A stretch of 64,000 nucleotides of DNA. It comes from a virus. A program made the translations under genes and the position numbers. The DNA lies in IMG/VR virus record IMGVR_UViG_3300023184_004234, positions 3,910 through 67,909 of that record, one strand, 5' to 3'. The notes beneath the pieces are model-generated. The model ran no database searches, was not told the DNA's origin, and saw nothing but the letters and a program-made list of their open reading frames with translations. This document shows, piece by piece, positions 38,330 through 48,369 of this stretch (its first letter is position 1; each line of letters opens with the position of its first letter).

Positions 38330-39777
38330 TGCATAAATTAGGAGTTTGTGTACCATATAGAAATAGAGAAACGCATCTAAAAGAGTTTTCACCGAGAGTT
38401 CATACCTTCTTAAAAGAACAGGGCATTGAACATAAAATATATTTCGCTCACCAATGTGATGATAAGTTATTCAACAGAGGTAAGATGAAAAATATTGCAG
38501 CCAAACACGCATTTGATGATGGGTGTGATTATATTGTATGGCATGATATTGATATGGTACCTGAGGATGGTTCGTGTGATTATACGTTCAATCCTGAGAA
38601 CCCAAAACATTTAGCGGTAAGAATATCTCAAACAGATTATAACCTCAAATATGAGGAGTATTTTGGTGGTGCAGTACTATTCACAAAAGAGCAAGTAGAA
38701 GCAACAAATGGGTATTCAAATGATTATTGGGATTGGGGTATGGAAGATGATGACCTATTTTGGAGATGTGTATTGACTGGTAATGCAGAACAACATTATT
38801 TATCAGAACAATTTAAAAATCAAAAGTATGGTTATTTTAATGGTAAAAATTCTTATGTAAAAATAGAACCATCTCGTTCAATTAGAAATGTATGTTCTCG
38901 TTCTCATTCCGTTTCAATTTTAGTTAGAGCACACCAACAAGAAGAGAAAGTTCCTATTTATTTAATTGGTGATGAAGATAGAAGATTTTGTGAATATCCA
39001 ATTTTCAGAAGACCAGGACATGATTGGGGATTAAGTTATAATAATAGTAGAGCATTTACTACAATGATGTGGAACAATAGCAGAGAGTTTTTATATCTAT
39101 GGGCTAAACGATACGAACAACAATGGACATGGGTAACACTAACAGTTGATGATGATACTAAACAAATTTCACTTTATATTAATGGAAAGAAAAGTGATGC
39201 AAGATTTGGAACCGGATTATCTTCACCATTAGAATATGATGGGTTCTTAAAAAGATATGGAATAGAACCATATTACATAGGAACAACTACATCAGTAGGT
39301 ATAGATGAGGTTAATAGGTGGTTTAAAGGTGATATTGCAAAAGTTATGATGTGGGATAGATGTTTAGCTGAAAGTGAAATTTTAGAGTTCCCAGATGATA
39401 TGGTTGCAAATTATGATTTTAATAACATAGAAGGAAATATATTAACCGATTTAAGTAATAATGGAAATCATGGTGAAATAAATAATGTTGAAATAAAAGA
39501 AGAAGATATTTTGAAAATCCATAATACTATCTTACCTTTCCGTAGAGATGGTAAGTTTGAATGTTTACCACACCAAACGGAAGGATTAATTAATGTAGGT
39601 GGGGTTGATAAATGGGCAAAGGGTGAAACAACTGCACGAAATGAAAGAAGATATATTTTAGAAATGCAGCAAGGCAAATATAATTGGAAAAATGATGGTA
39701 TGAATAATTTGGAATATGAATTAATATCAGTAGATGATATTGGTAATAATTCTGTAATAATAAATTGTAAAGCATAA
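38329..39777 (+). CDS. GT7 glycosyltransferase with inserted LamG domain, copy 3
   Basis: VPYRNR, FNRGKMKN, WHDID, NGYSNDYWDWGMEDDD, LamG, then GKFECLPH...DGMNNLEY. Confidence 0.9.
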   Translation: MHKLGVCVPYRNRETHLKEFSPRVHTFLKEQGIEHKIYFAHQCDDKLFNRGKMKNIAAKHAFDDGCDYIVWHDIDMVPEDGSCDYTFNPENPKHLAVRISQTDYNLKYEEYFGGAVLFTKEQVEATNGYSNDYWDWGMEDDDLFWRCVLTGNAEQHYLSEQFKNQKYGYFNGKNSYVKIEPSRSIRNVCSRSHSVSILVRAHQQEEKVPIYLIGDEDRRFCEYPIFRRPGHDWGLSYNNSRAFTTMMWNNSREFLYLWAKRYEQQWTWVTLTVDDDTKQISLYINGKKSDARFGTGLSSPLEYDGFLKRYGIEPYYIGTTTSVGIDEVNRWFKGDIAKVMMWDRCLAESEILEFPDDMVANYDFNNIEGNILTDLSNNGNHGEINNVEIKEEDILKIHNTILPFRRDGKFECLPHQTEGLINVGGVDKWAKGETTARNERRYILEMQQGKYNWKNDGMNNLEYELISVDDIGNNSVIINCKA

Positions 39778-41174
39778 TGGGACAGTACGAAAAATTTGAA
39801 AAAGTAAGAAGGCAACTTAATGAAGTAGGTGCAGGATTTTGTTTAGCAAAATGGATGCAGGTAACGCTTCATTTGCACATTGGTCATAATCATAGTTGTC
39901 ACCACCCACAAACACATAAAATATCAACTACTGAAATTGATAGAGACCCTTCCGCGTTACATAATACTCGTTATAAAAAAGAACGTAGGCGAGAAATGTT
40001 AGATGGTGCAAAACCAAAAGAATGTGATTATTGTTGGGGTGTAGAAGATAATTCTGACCAATTTAGTGATAGACATTTTAAAAGTGCAGAACCATGGGCT
40101 TATCAATATTTAGATAAAGTAAAAAATTCTGGATGGAGAGATAATATAAATCCATCGTATGTAGAGGTTTCATTTAGTAATGCGTGTAACTTTAAATGTT
40201 CATATTGTGCACCTCCATTCTCAACACAATGGATGGAAGAAATTGAACAACATGGTGCGTACCCCACATCTGATAAGTTTAATGGTTTAGACCATTTTAA
40301 ACAAAGTGGTAGAATGCCAATTCCACAAAGTGAATTTAATCCATATGTAGAAGCATTTTGGAAATGGTGGCCAGATTTATATCAAGATTTACATACGTTT
40401 AGAATTACAGGTGGTGAACCTATGATGCATAAAGATACTATGAAAGTATTGGATTATATTATTGATTCACCAAAACCAAATAGAAATTTATGTTTAAGTA
40501 TAAATTCAAACTTAGGAGTTCCTGATTCTTTGTATAAAAAATTTAAAGAGAAATTTAAAATTATATCTGAAAGAGAATTGGTTAAAGAATTGATTATCTT
40601 TACAAGTTGTGATGGATACGGAGAGCAAGCGGAATATATTAGAAATGGTATGGTGTATAATCAATTAATGGATAGAATTGACGATTTGTTATTTCACATA
40701 CCAAGATTAACAATTGATATTATGAGTACATATAATATTTTATCAGTTCCTTCTTATAAAAAATTAATAAATGATGTATATGCATTAAAAGCAAAACATA
40801 CTAATTGGTTAAGATATTATAAACAACCTTTATTATTAGATGCATCATATCTCAGATATCCTAATCATCAATCAATTACATTGTTAGACCAAAAAGAATG
40901 GGAAAGTGAATTTTTTGAACAAGCACAGTTGATGGATTTTTATGATTTAACACGAACCGATACAAATACATTTGGATATAGTGATGTAGAAGTAGTTAAA
41001 ATTAGAAGAATTTATGATTATTTTATGGGTGATGTTGATGAATTTTCAAGAGAACACCATAGAAAAGATTTTTATAAATTTTTTAGTGAACATGATAGAC
41101 GAAGAGGAACTGATTTTTGTAAAACATATCCTGAATTAGCAGATTTTTATCATAAATGTAAAGAGATTAGATAA
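39777..41174 (+). CDS. Radical SAM protein with N-terminal Cys/His-rich (SPASM/twitch-like) domain
   Basis: CNFKCSYC (CxxxCxxC) and TGGEP. N-terminal FCLAKW...SCHHP...ECDYCW. Confidence 0.88.
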   Translation: MGQYEKFEKVRRQLNEVGAGFCLAKWMQVTLHLHIGHNHSCHHPQTHKISTTEIDRDPSALHNTRYKKERRREMLDGAKPKECDYCWGVEDNSDQFSDRHFKSAEPWAYQYLDKVKNSGWRDNINPSYVEVSFSNACNFKCSYCAPPFSTQWMEEIEQHGAYPTSDKFNGLDHFKQSGRMPIPQSEFNPYVEAFWKWWPDLYQDLHTFRITGGEPMMHKDTMKVLDYIIDSPKPNRNLCLSINSNLGVPDSLYKKFKEKFKIISERELVKELIIFTSCDGYGEQAEYIRNGMVYNQLMDRIDDLLFHIPRLTIDIMSTYNILSVPSYKKLINDVYALKAKHTNWLRYYKQPLLLDASYLRYPNHQSITLLDQKEWESEFFEQAQLMDFYDLTRTDTNTFGYSDVEVVKIRRIYDYFMGDVDEFSREHHRKDFYKFFSEHDRRRGTDFCKTYPELADFYHKCKEIR

Positions 41175-41977
41175 TGAAAAATGAATTAATAGAATTTAAA
41201 GATAATTTTTTAGTAAACTTTTTTGAAGAAACTAAATATAATACATCTAAAAAACCTGGATTGTTAAAGAATTTATTTCAAAATGATTTAACAATATATG
41301 CTCGTTTTAAACTAAATAAAATGAAACGAGAACGAACTGCAATCTTTGCCAAACAAGGGTGTCATAGTGGTGCATATTTTGAAAATCAAGATGGTAATAT
41401 GAAATTTAGATTTTCATTATTTACGGCAGAACCTGATAGTGGTAATTATTCAGACCATTTTCAAATGATAGAATATTATCCAAAAGAAGAAGATGTTTAC
41501 AAAGAAAGTTATGTAATATTTCAATTGGACCATACAAACAAAAAATTAAAAACTTGTTTTAATGGTGAATGGAAAGAATTAACATGGGAAGGTGATGTAT
41601 GTGATTATACAAATGTACCACTTTGGGTTGGTGCAGGTGGTCCTTGGTATGATGATGTTGATTTTCATTGGATGTTTGAAGGATATTTTTATGATTTTTC
41701 TATATTTAATAATGTACTTAGTGAAGATGATTGTTATACTATAATTGAAAATAAGGAAACTTATTTAGATAATTTAGAAATAAAAGAAAAATGTGTTACA
41801 TCATTAGATTTCACAAAATGGAATCGTTTTAAAGTATGGGATAAAACAGGAAATGGTAATTTTGGATTTATAGATGAATGGCATTTTCCAAATGTACAAG
41901 AAAGATTAAATCTAATGATTGCTGGAAACAAATTAAAAATGTCTACAATTGAAAATATAACACAAACACTAATATAA
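41174..41977 (+). CDS. Stand-alone LamG/concanavalin A-like domain protein
   Basis: LWVGAG, FEGYFYDFSIFNNVLS and WDKTGNGNFG match the LamG inserts of the neighbouring GT7 proteins. Confidence 0.7.
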   Translation: MKNELIEFKDNFLVNFFEETKYNTSKKPGLLKNLFQNDLTIYARFKLNKMKRERTAIFAKQGCHSGAYFENQDGNMKFRFSLFTAEPDSGNYSDHFQMIEYYPKEEDVYKESYVIFQLDHTNKKLKTCFNGEWKELTWEGDVCDYTNVPLWVGAGGPWYDDVDFHWMFEGYFYDFSIFNNVLSEDDCYTIIENKETYLDNLEIKEKCVTSLDFTKWNRFKVWDKTGNGNFGFIDEWHFPNVQERLNLMIAGNKLKMSTIENITQTLI

Positions 41978-42945
41978 TGAAAATATTAATTACAGGTGGA
42001 GCAGGTTACTTAGGTTCGGTAATTACCGATAAGATGCTAAACGCAGGACATAGTGTTACTATTATAGATAACTTATCATTCAATCAAATTTCTCCATTGC
42101 AATTTACATCAAATAAAAATTACAATTTTATTTATGGAGATGTTCGTAATGAAAGGTTATTAAGACATGAAGTAGGAATACATGATGTTATTATTCCTTT
42201 AGCGGCAATCGTAGGATTTCCTGCTTGTGCAAAAGACCCTAAGTTAGCATGGGAAGTAAACTTTACTCAAATAGAAACCATATTAGATACAATTAGTGAT
42301 GAACAAATTGTATTATATCCAAATACAAATAGTGGGTATGGTATTGGTGTAGGACAAACGGAGTGTACCGAAACATCACCTTTAAATCCAATTTCGGTTT
42401 ATGGGGAAAGTAAATGTGCAGCCGAAAAATTATTATTAGAATGTAGTTCAGCAATATGTTTTAGATTAGCAACCGTATTTGGAACATCACCAAGAATGAG
42501 AACAGATTTATTAGTTAATGAGTTTGTTTACAAAGCAATGACAGATAAATACATTACGGTATTTGAAAAACATTTTAAAAGAAATTTCATTCATATTCAA
42601 GATGTTGCAAATGTATTCTTATGGGCATTAAACAATTATGATAAAATGAAACACAATGTTTATAATGTTGGATTAAGTGATGCAAATTTAACTAAACAAG
42701 AATTATTAGAAACAATTCAAAAATATATTCCAGACTTTGCAATTTCATACAATGATTACTACGAAGATCCGGATAAAAGAGATTATATTGTATCAAACGC
42801 AAAAATAGAAGCAACGGGTTGGAAACCACAATATAGTTTAGATGATGGTATTAAAGAATTAATGAAAACATATCAGGTGTTGATTCCTAGAATGGCATCT
42901 GAATTTAGAAATGGATTTCCATTAGGTTACGCACAAACATTTTAA
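41977..42945 (+). CDS. NAD-dependent nucleotide-sugar epimerase/dehydratase (extended SDR)
   Basis: ITGGAGYLGS, YGESK (YxxxK), FRLATVFG and RNFIHIQD. Confidence 0.92.
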   Translation: MKILITGGAGYLGSVITDKMLNAGHSVTIIDNLSFNQISPLQFTSNKNYNFIYGDVRNERLLRHEVGIHDVIIPLAAIVGFPACAKDPKLAWEVNFTQIETILDTISDEQIVLYPNTNSGYGIGVGQTECTETSPLNPISVYGESKCAAEKLLLECSSAICFRLATVFGTSPRMRTDLLVNEFVYKAMTDKYITVFEKHFKRNFIHIQDVANVFLWALNNYDKMKHNVYNVGLSDANLTKQELLETIQKYIPDFAISYNDYYEDPDKRDYIVSNAKIEATGWKPQYSLDDGIKELMKTYQVLIPRMASEFRNGFPLGYAQTF

Positions 42946-42946
42946 T

Positions 42947-44503
42947 ATGGCAGGTTTTGTATTCGGAAAAAAGTGGGATGAAACATATCAAGAGTATAGG
43001 GATAGAAGTATAAATTCAATATCCCCATCATTTTGTGGAGCAAAGTGGTATAATGCAACTATATGGTTAAATATGGGACAAACAACATCATGTCACCATC
43101 CACAACCACATAAAATTCCATTAAGAGAATTAGAGCGTTCACCAAAAGCATTACACAATACACAATATAAGAAATTGGTTCGTAAAGAAATGTTAGAAGG
43201 CATTAGACCTAAAGAATGTGAATATTGTTGGAAGATAGAAGATTTAGGACCAGATAAAGTAAGTGATAGAGTTTATAAATCAGTTATATATTCAGATGAA
43301 GAATTAATTAATGCTGAAAAAAATTATAGTTGGAACAAAGATGTTGATTTAAAAACATTAGAAATTAGTTTTGATGCAAATTGTAACTTTGCTTGTTCAT
43401 ATTGTAATGCATCATTTAGTACAACATGGCAATCCGATATTAAAACAAATGGTGCATATCAAAACTTAGTTACAGATGGTGGCGGTGCATTTCAGCATGC
43501 AGGAGATGATGCTATGATATATGGTAAAGACCAATTAGAAAATCCATATTTGGAAGCATTTTGGAAATGGTGGGAAGGTGATTTACAAAACTCATTAAGA
43601 GAATTAAGAGTAACGGGTGGTGAACCTACTATGAGTAAAGGGTTTTGGAAGTTAATGGATTGGTGGAAAGAAAACAAAAAATGTGATGTAAACTTTGCCG
43701 TTAATTCAAATTTAGGACAAAGTAAAATGTTAGTAGATAGATTAATTAATTCAACGCATAATTTTAAACATTTTTCATTATATACTAGTTGTGAATCGGT
43801 TGGTGCACACGCTGAATATATTAGAGATGGATTAAAATGGGAAGTTTGGAAAGAAAATGCAGAAAGAATTATTGTGGATGGTAATTTAAAAACATTTAAT
43901 GTAATGATGACAATTAATGCATTATGTTTATTTAGTATAACAGAATTTTTAGATTTTACAAATGAATTAAGAAAAAAATACGAAGATAAAACAGAAGTAT
44001 TAGTTACATTAAACATATTAAGATTTCCATCGTTTCAATCCGCAACTACATTACCTGAACATATTAAATTAGAAAGAGCAGAACATTTACAAAATTGGGC
44101 AGAAAATTTAATTAAAGAAAATAAAGAAACAAATTTACATACGGAAGCATCTTTGTGGGGACTGGTAAATCAAGTATATAGGTTATGTGAATACTTAAGA
44201 GAAGTAACACAAGGACATAGATTTGCTTCTGATTTAGAAAGTAGAGAAAAAGATTTTAAATCATTCTATACACAATATGATATTCGTAGAGGTAAAAATT
44301 TTATAGAAACATTTCCAGAATTGGCAGATTGGTATAATTCAATAGATGCAACTAAAATAGATAAAATAATTGAAATACAACAAGCTGCGGATAATGGTGT
44401 TTATAATAAAGAGTATATGGAAAAAGCAATGGCAGATAGTGTTGTAAACGATGCATTAGAAAACGAAATATTAGAATATTTAGAACCAAAAAAATTAATA
44501 TAA
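42947..44503 (+). CDS. Radical SAM protein, paralog of 39777..41174
   Basis: CNFACSYC and TGGEP. N-terminal FCGAKW...SCHHP...ECEYCW, and RRG..F..TFPEL near the C-terminus. Confidence 0.88.
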   Translation: MAGFVFGKKWDETYQEYRDRSINSISPSFCGAKWYNATIWLNMGQTTSCHHPQPHKIPLRELERSPKALHNTQYKKLVRKEMLEGIRPKECEYCWKIEDLGPDKVSDRVYKSVIYSDEELINAEKNYSWNKDVDLKTLEISFDANCNFACSYCNASFSTTWQSDIKTNGAYQNLVTDGGGAFQHAGDDAMIYGKDQLENPYLEAFWKWWEGDLQNSLRELRVTGGEPTMSKGFWKLMDWWKENKKCDVNFAVNSNLGQSKMLVDRLINSTHNFKHFSLYTSCESVGAHAEYIRDGLKWEVWKENAERIIVDGNLKTFNVMMTINALCLFSITEFLDFTNELRKKYEDKTEVLVTLNILRFPSFQSATTLPEHIKLERAEHLQNWAENLIKENKETNLHTEASLWGLVNQVYRLCEYLREVTQGHRFASDLESREKDFKSFYTQYDIRRGKNFIETFPELADWYNSIDATKIDKIIEIQQAADNGVYNKEYMEKAMADSVVNDALENEILEYLEPKKLI

Positions 44504-45039
44504 TGAGTAATAAATGGGATGCGTTCAAAGTAACTCCATCAAAAAAATTTGGAATGGAAGTTCCAATCTTTACACCTTCAATTTATAGAGAATATAGAGG
44601 AGAAATATTTACAACCTTTCATTCAAAAGAACATCCTGTAATGATAAGAATAGGTGAAGGACATGAAATTCATGGTAGATTCTCAAAATCATACAAAGGT
44701 GTATTAAGAGGATTGCATTATGATAATAAAACTTGGAAATTAGTTCAAGCAGCAGTTGGAGATATTTACCTAATTGTTTTGGATATGCGAAAAGAAAGTC
44801 CTACCTTTGGTGAATGGGAATCTTTTATGATAACTGAGAAAGATAGAAATCAAGTATTAGTTCCACCTGGTTTTGCAAACGGACACTATGCTCTAACCGA
44901 TTGTATGTTTCATTATAACCTATTCTACAAAGATGGTTATGTAGATGCAGATGAGCAAGGTGTAGTTAAATGGAATGACCCCGAATATCAAATGGAATGG
45001 CCAACAACAAACCCAATATTACAAAAAAGAGATAGATAA
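44503..45039 (+). CDS. rmlC: dTDP-4-dehydrorhamnose 3,5-epimerase family (RmlC-like cupin)
   Basis: GVLRGLHY, DMRKESPTFGEW, VPPGFANGH and WNDP...WP. Confidence 0.88.
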   Translation: MSNKWDAFKVTPSKKFGMEVPIFTPSIYREYRGEIFTTFHSKEHPVMIRIGEGHEIHGRFSKSYKGVLRGLHYDNKTWKLVQAAVGDIYLIVLDMRKESPTFGEWESFMITEKDRNQVLVPPGFANGHYALTDCMFHYNLFYKDGYVDADEQGVVKWNDPEYQMEWPTTNPILQKRDR

Positions 45040-45671
45040 TGACATATTTAGAAAAATATCCTATTGTAGCAGATGCTAGATTTACAAAGGATGAATTAAT
45101 TGCGTACGAAAGAATGATTGCTGACCATTGGGAGGCGGGTAAAATAAAAGGACCGGTGCATCTTAGTGGTGGTAATGAAGAACAACTTATTGAAATTGGA
45201 AAACGAATTAAAGATACAGATTGGGTATTCTCAACCTGGCGCTCACATTATCACGCACTAATAAAAGGTGTGTGTCCTGTTTGGCTAGAAGAAGAAATTT
45301 TAGCAGGTAGAAGTATTACAATTGTTAGTGAAGAACAAAAATTCTATGCAAGTGCAATTGTTGGTGCAATTATACCAATAGCAACGGGTGTAGCAATGGC
45401 AAATAAGAGAGATGGTAAAGATGATAAAGTATTTTGTTTCATTGGAGATATGGCATTTGAGACCGGTGGATTTTATGAAATGCACAAATACGCAGTTAGA
45501 TATGATTTACCAATTGTATTTGTAGTAGAAGATAATGGTGTATCAACAAACACACCAACCGAAGCAACGTGGAATGGTGAAAAAAGAGAAGTACCATCGG
45601 AAAAAGTTATTTGGTATTCATATGAAAAGCAATGGCCGCATTATGGTACAGGTAAATGGGTAATATTTTAA
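45039..45671 (+). CDS. TPP-dependent dehydrogenase E1 alpha-like subunit (short)
   Basis: GPVHLSGGNE, STWRSHYHAL and the TPP motif GDMAFETG...FVVEDN. Confidence 0.88.
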   Translation: MTYLEKYPIVADARFTKDELIAYERMIADHWEAGKIKGPVHLSGGNEEQLIEIGKRIKDTDWVFSTWRSHYHALIKGVCPVWLEEEILAGRSITIVSEEQKFYASAIVGAIIPIATGVAMANKRDGKDDKVFCFIGDMAFETGGFYEMHKYAVRYDLPIVFVVEDNGVSTNTPTEATWNGEKREVPSEKVIWYSYEKQWPHYGTGKWVIF

Positions 45672-47128
45672 TGAAAAGTATAAATTTTATATTTACACAT
45701 CAGTTTAATAATTATTTTTTACCAAACGGATTAAATGATAAATTAGTAGAAAATTATATTGAGCAGGCAGAGTTACACGGAATGCCAATTGATTCATATA
45801 TTAAATCAGGATATGGTGACCCAACCGGCATACGTGCATTATCTAAAAAACATAATAAAAAATTTTACTTACATTATACTAGAGATTTGTATGTTAACAT
45901 ATTAAATAATTTAAATAAAATTAATGATTTTAAATATGAATTTCAATATGATACAAACTCATATGAAATAAATTTAAAACATATAAATGATGTAAATGAA
46001 AATGATGATAATTATTATGTTATAAATTTATTTGGCACAGAAGATTTTTTATTTTCAAATGTACAGCCTTATATTGAAAACGAAACGGAAGTTTTTGATT
46101 TAATAGATTATTTTAATTTTGATGAAAAAGTTATATCACTTTTATCTAAAAATAAATTAAAATTGGTTATAATGACTTTACATGAGGGTGGTGTTAGATA
46201 CGAAGCATTTTTAAATAGAATTTATAAAAATATAGAAAAATATTCAATAAATCCAAAAAATATTTTTTATATTAATGCGGATGCATATATAACACAAACG
46301 GTGGATTCATATTGTAAAACTAATAATATAACGAATAGTATAAACGTATATAATACAACATATCTAATACACCATTCTGCAAAAGCATTTATGGATAATG
46401 ATACTGATTTATATGAAAAACAAAATTATCTAATAGCAAACACAGAGTATAAAGATAAACATTTTGTATGTCTAAATAGAACTGCAGATAAATCTCATAA
46501 ATTATGGTTACTATCTGAGTTATATAAAAATGATATATTAAAAAATACCATATATTCAATAATAGATAATAAAAAAGATGAATTTACTTGGAATCATAAT
46601 AGATGGATTAAGCCAGAAATATTTAGAGACCAATTACCATATCTAAATAAAATAAAAGAAATGGGTTCTATTACTGTTAAAAAAGAAATGGACTCAGAAA
46701 AATTTAATTCAGATAATTTTCAAAACCCATTCAATAATCAAAATTCATTTTTATATGGTGATTCCTATATTTCATTGGTAAACGAATCATCATTTAACGC
46801 CGCACAAATATCTGAAAAAATAACAAAATCTTTATTTTATTTCCACCCATTTATAGTAATTAGTGGACCTGGTTATTTAAAAAGATTAAGAGAGATGGGA
46901 TTTGAAACATTTTCCCAATGGTGGGATGAAAGTTATGATGATGAAATAGATGATTATAAACGAATGCAAAAAATATCAAATTTAATAAAAGAATTAAATG
47001 ATAAAGAAAAATTGCATAAAATATTTTTAGAATCTAAACAAGTTGTATTAAATAATTCTTTAAGATTTAGAAAACTAAAACCAGCAGAACATATCAAAGA
47101 ACTATTTAATTGGATTTTTACATGTTAA
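45671..47128 (+). CDS. Uncharacterised GT-B/GT10-like putative glycosyltransferase
   Basis: FVCLNR...HK, ISLVNES, ISEKITKSL...HPFIVISG, LREMGFETF and WDESYD. ATG at 45671. Confidence 0.55.
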   Translation: MKSINFIFTHQFNNYFLPNGLNDKLVENYIEQAELHGMPIDSYIKSGYGDPTGIRALSKKHNKKFYLHYTRDLYVNILNNLNKINDFKYEFQYDTNSYEINLKHINDVNENDDNYYVINLFGTEDFLFSNVQPYIENETEVFDLIDYFNFDEKVISLLSKNKLKLVIMTLHEGGVRYEAFLNRIYKNIEKYSINPKNIFYINADAYITQTVDSYCKTNNITNSINVYNTTYLIHHSAKAFMDNDTDLYEKQNYLIANTEYKDKHFVCLNRTADKSHKLWLLSELYKNDILKNTIYSIIDNKKDEFTWNHNRWIKPEIFRDQLPYLNKIKEMGSITVKKEMDSEKFNSDNFQNPFNNQNSFLYGDSYISLVNESSFNAAQISEKITKSLFYFHPFIVISGPGYLKRLREMGFETFSQWWDESYDDEIDDYKRMQKISNLIKELNDKEKLHKIFLESKQVVLNNSLRFRKLKPAEHIKELFNWIFTC

Positions 47129-48369
47129 TAAATTTATACATAGAAAAATGGCAAAATGGATATCCAATACCAAATGGAGCCGATTCTATTCCCGATGTTG
47201 ATTATACTGATTTTGGTTCACTTATACATTCGGTAAAAAAATCAAATTTAGAAACAAACTTTAATGAAATATTTAATCACGCATCACATAGAGAAAATAA
47301 TCTAATTGAATGTTTTAATAGTAATGAATTATCAGTTATTTCTACTGATAAAATTCTACCAAATGCTAGAAATTTTTATGTTATTTTTGCAAAAACACAT
47401 TTTGAAGATTTACATGAATATTTTGATAAATTTGATATACAATTAAATAAAGGATTTGATTTATTATTTATAAACTTTCATGAATCGGGTACATATAATA
47501 GATTCTATACTTGGGTAAACAATAATCCTAATAAAAATAAAATATACACAATTTCACCGGCATATAATCTAGATGAATTTGCAAATTGTAATAATATATT
47601 TTTTCCATATCATTTATACGATATTGATAAAAATTTTAAAATGGAAGGAAACTATCCGGTATGTACCGTTGATGATTATATCAATACACCAAAAGAAAAA
47701 ACATTTTTATCATTTAATAGAAATGCAAAAAGATTTCATAGATTATATTTTTATGAAATGTGTAAAGAACTTAATTTAATAGATTCAAATTATGTTTCAT
47801 TTTTAGAATTTCAAGACAAAGATATTGTAAGAACACATAATATATTAGATATCTATCCAAATTTAAAAACATATAAACAAAATTATTTAAATTCGGAACA
47901 TACACAAATTGCACTAGATATTAGTTCTGATATGCCATATGGTGAGTATGATGAAAAAAGTCACAATTGGAATAATAACAAAGAATATTACACTAAATCT
48001 AATTTTAGTATTGTAACTGAAACTATGTTTTTTGAAAATGAAATAATGTTAACAGAAAAAATATTAAGACCTATTGCAAATGCACATCCGTTTATACTAA
48101 TAGGACCTAAGCATGGCTATAAAATATTAAAAGAAGCGGGATATGAAATATGTAATTTAATAGATTACGAATATATAGATAATATCAGTAACCCATTTTC
48201 TAGATTAGAGGCAATAATTACGGAATGTAAAAAGCTATTTTATAATTTGGAAAGTAAAAATAAAAGTAGTATATTTATAGATATACAAAAACATAATCAG
48301 TATAAATTATTAAATACAAAAAAAGAAGATGTATTTTATGAATTGTATTGTAAACTATATAAAAAATGA
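47122..48369 (+). CDS. Uncharacterised GT-B/GT10-like putative glycosyltransferase
   Basis: FLSFNR...HR, FSIVTET, LTEKILRPI...HPFILIG and LKEAGY. ATG at 47122. Confidence 0.55.
   Translation: MLINLYIEKWQNGYPIPNGADSIPDVDYTDFGSLIHSVKKSNLETNFNEIFNHASHRENNLIECFNSNELSVISTDKILPNARNFYVIFAKTHFEDLHEYFDKFDIQLNKGFDLLFINFHESGTYNRFYTWVNNNPNKNKIYTISPAYNLDEFANCNNIFFPYHLYDIDKNFKMEGNYPVCTVDDYINTPKEKTFLSFNRNAKRFHRLYFYEMCKELNLIDSNYVSFLEFQDKDIVRTHNILDIYPNLKTYKQNYLNSEHTQIALDISSDMPYGEYDEKSHNWNNNKEYYTKSNFSIVTETMFFENEIMLTEKILRPIANAHPFILIGPKHGYKILKEAGYEICNLIDYEYIDNISNPFSRLEAIITECKKLFYNLESKNKSSIFIDIQKHNQYKLLNTKKEDVFYELYCKLYKK

Noticed and set aside
930-47121. Longer starts given by the ORF track (930, 21136, 25307, 36286, 45656, 47110)
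   Set aside because: Downstream ATGs (951, 21163, 25337, 36304, 45671, 47122) match domain starts, stop-start coupling or promoter position better.
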